From contig JALDTO010000098.1 of the NCBI GenBank assembly GCA_023515725.1, positions 1,902,961 to 1,966,960 of the forward strand: DNA of 64,000 bases, written 5' to 3'. Origin of the DNA: Amoeboaphelidium protococcarum X5. Its lineage: Eukaryota; Fungi; Aphelidiomycota. Below the pieces are notes generated by a model. That model ran no database searches and was not told where the DNA came from. It worked only from the letters and a program-made list of their open reading frames with translations. Positions within the stretch are counted from its first letter, which is position 1. Every line of letters begins with the position of its first letter. The position numbers and the translations under genes were made by a program. Below are positions 63,949-64,000 of the stretch, one piece after another.

Positions 63949-64000
63949 GGCAGGGTAGGCAGGGCAGGGCAGGGCAGGGCAGGGCAGGGGAGGGGCAGGG
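63949..64000. repeat. (GGGCA)n G-rich pentanucleotide repeat running off the window end
   Basis: ggcagggtaggcagggcagggcagggcagggcagggcaggggaggggcaggg. Confidence 0.9.

Noticed and set aside
1-64000. Mass pseudogenisation or poor sequence quality as the cause of the short ORFs
   Set aside because: Interruptions are exclusively TAA/TAG at Gln positions, frames are preserved, and genes end in TGA.

Overview
This is a very compact, intron-poor eukaryotic nuclear region from a fungus-related organism. It uses a non-standard genetic code: TAA and TAG encode Gln and TGA is the only stop (translation table 6 type). The supplied ORF track is therefore fragmented. Re-read in that code, the window holds about 28 genes, every one ending in TGA: auxilin/Swa2, LCL2, ICMT/Ste14, SmG, Tim50, FBPase, LYRM5/ETFRF1, Spb1, a GT10 fucosyltransferase, a Ctr copper transporter, ALKBH1, villin, Coq1, an RNAi RdRP, a WD40 protein, a Crinkler-type NTPase-REase, Spc3, a PPR-like protein, DHAPAT, a formin, ABHD13, a hybrid histidine kinase, Med21, Ola1, a PQ-loop protein, FAM32A, Alg5, Cdc40 and the BRAP2 3' end, plus two hypothetical proteins. 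There is also an intron-containing tRNA-Tyr. Fungal-type genes combined with TAR=Gln point to an aphelid such as Amoeboaphelidium (inference). Most notable: a plant-type core alpha-1,3-fucosyltransferase; a Crinkler-like nuclease effector; a villin carrying a capping-protein-interaction (CPI) motif; a formin with tandem N-terminal RA/ubiquitin-like domains; a 5-bp duplication in ABHD13 that frameshifts the gene but creates a possible 20-nt intron; a tRNA-Tyr with an A1-G72 mismatch; and a (GGGCA)n tract abutting the BRAP2 coding sequence. All identifications are by eye from recalled motifs, with no database searches.
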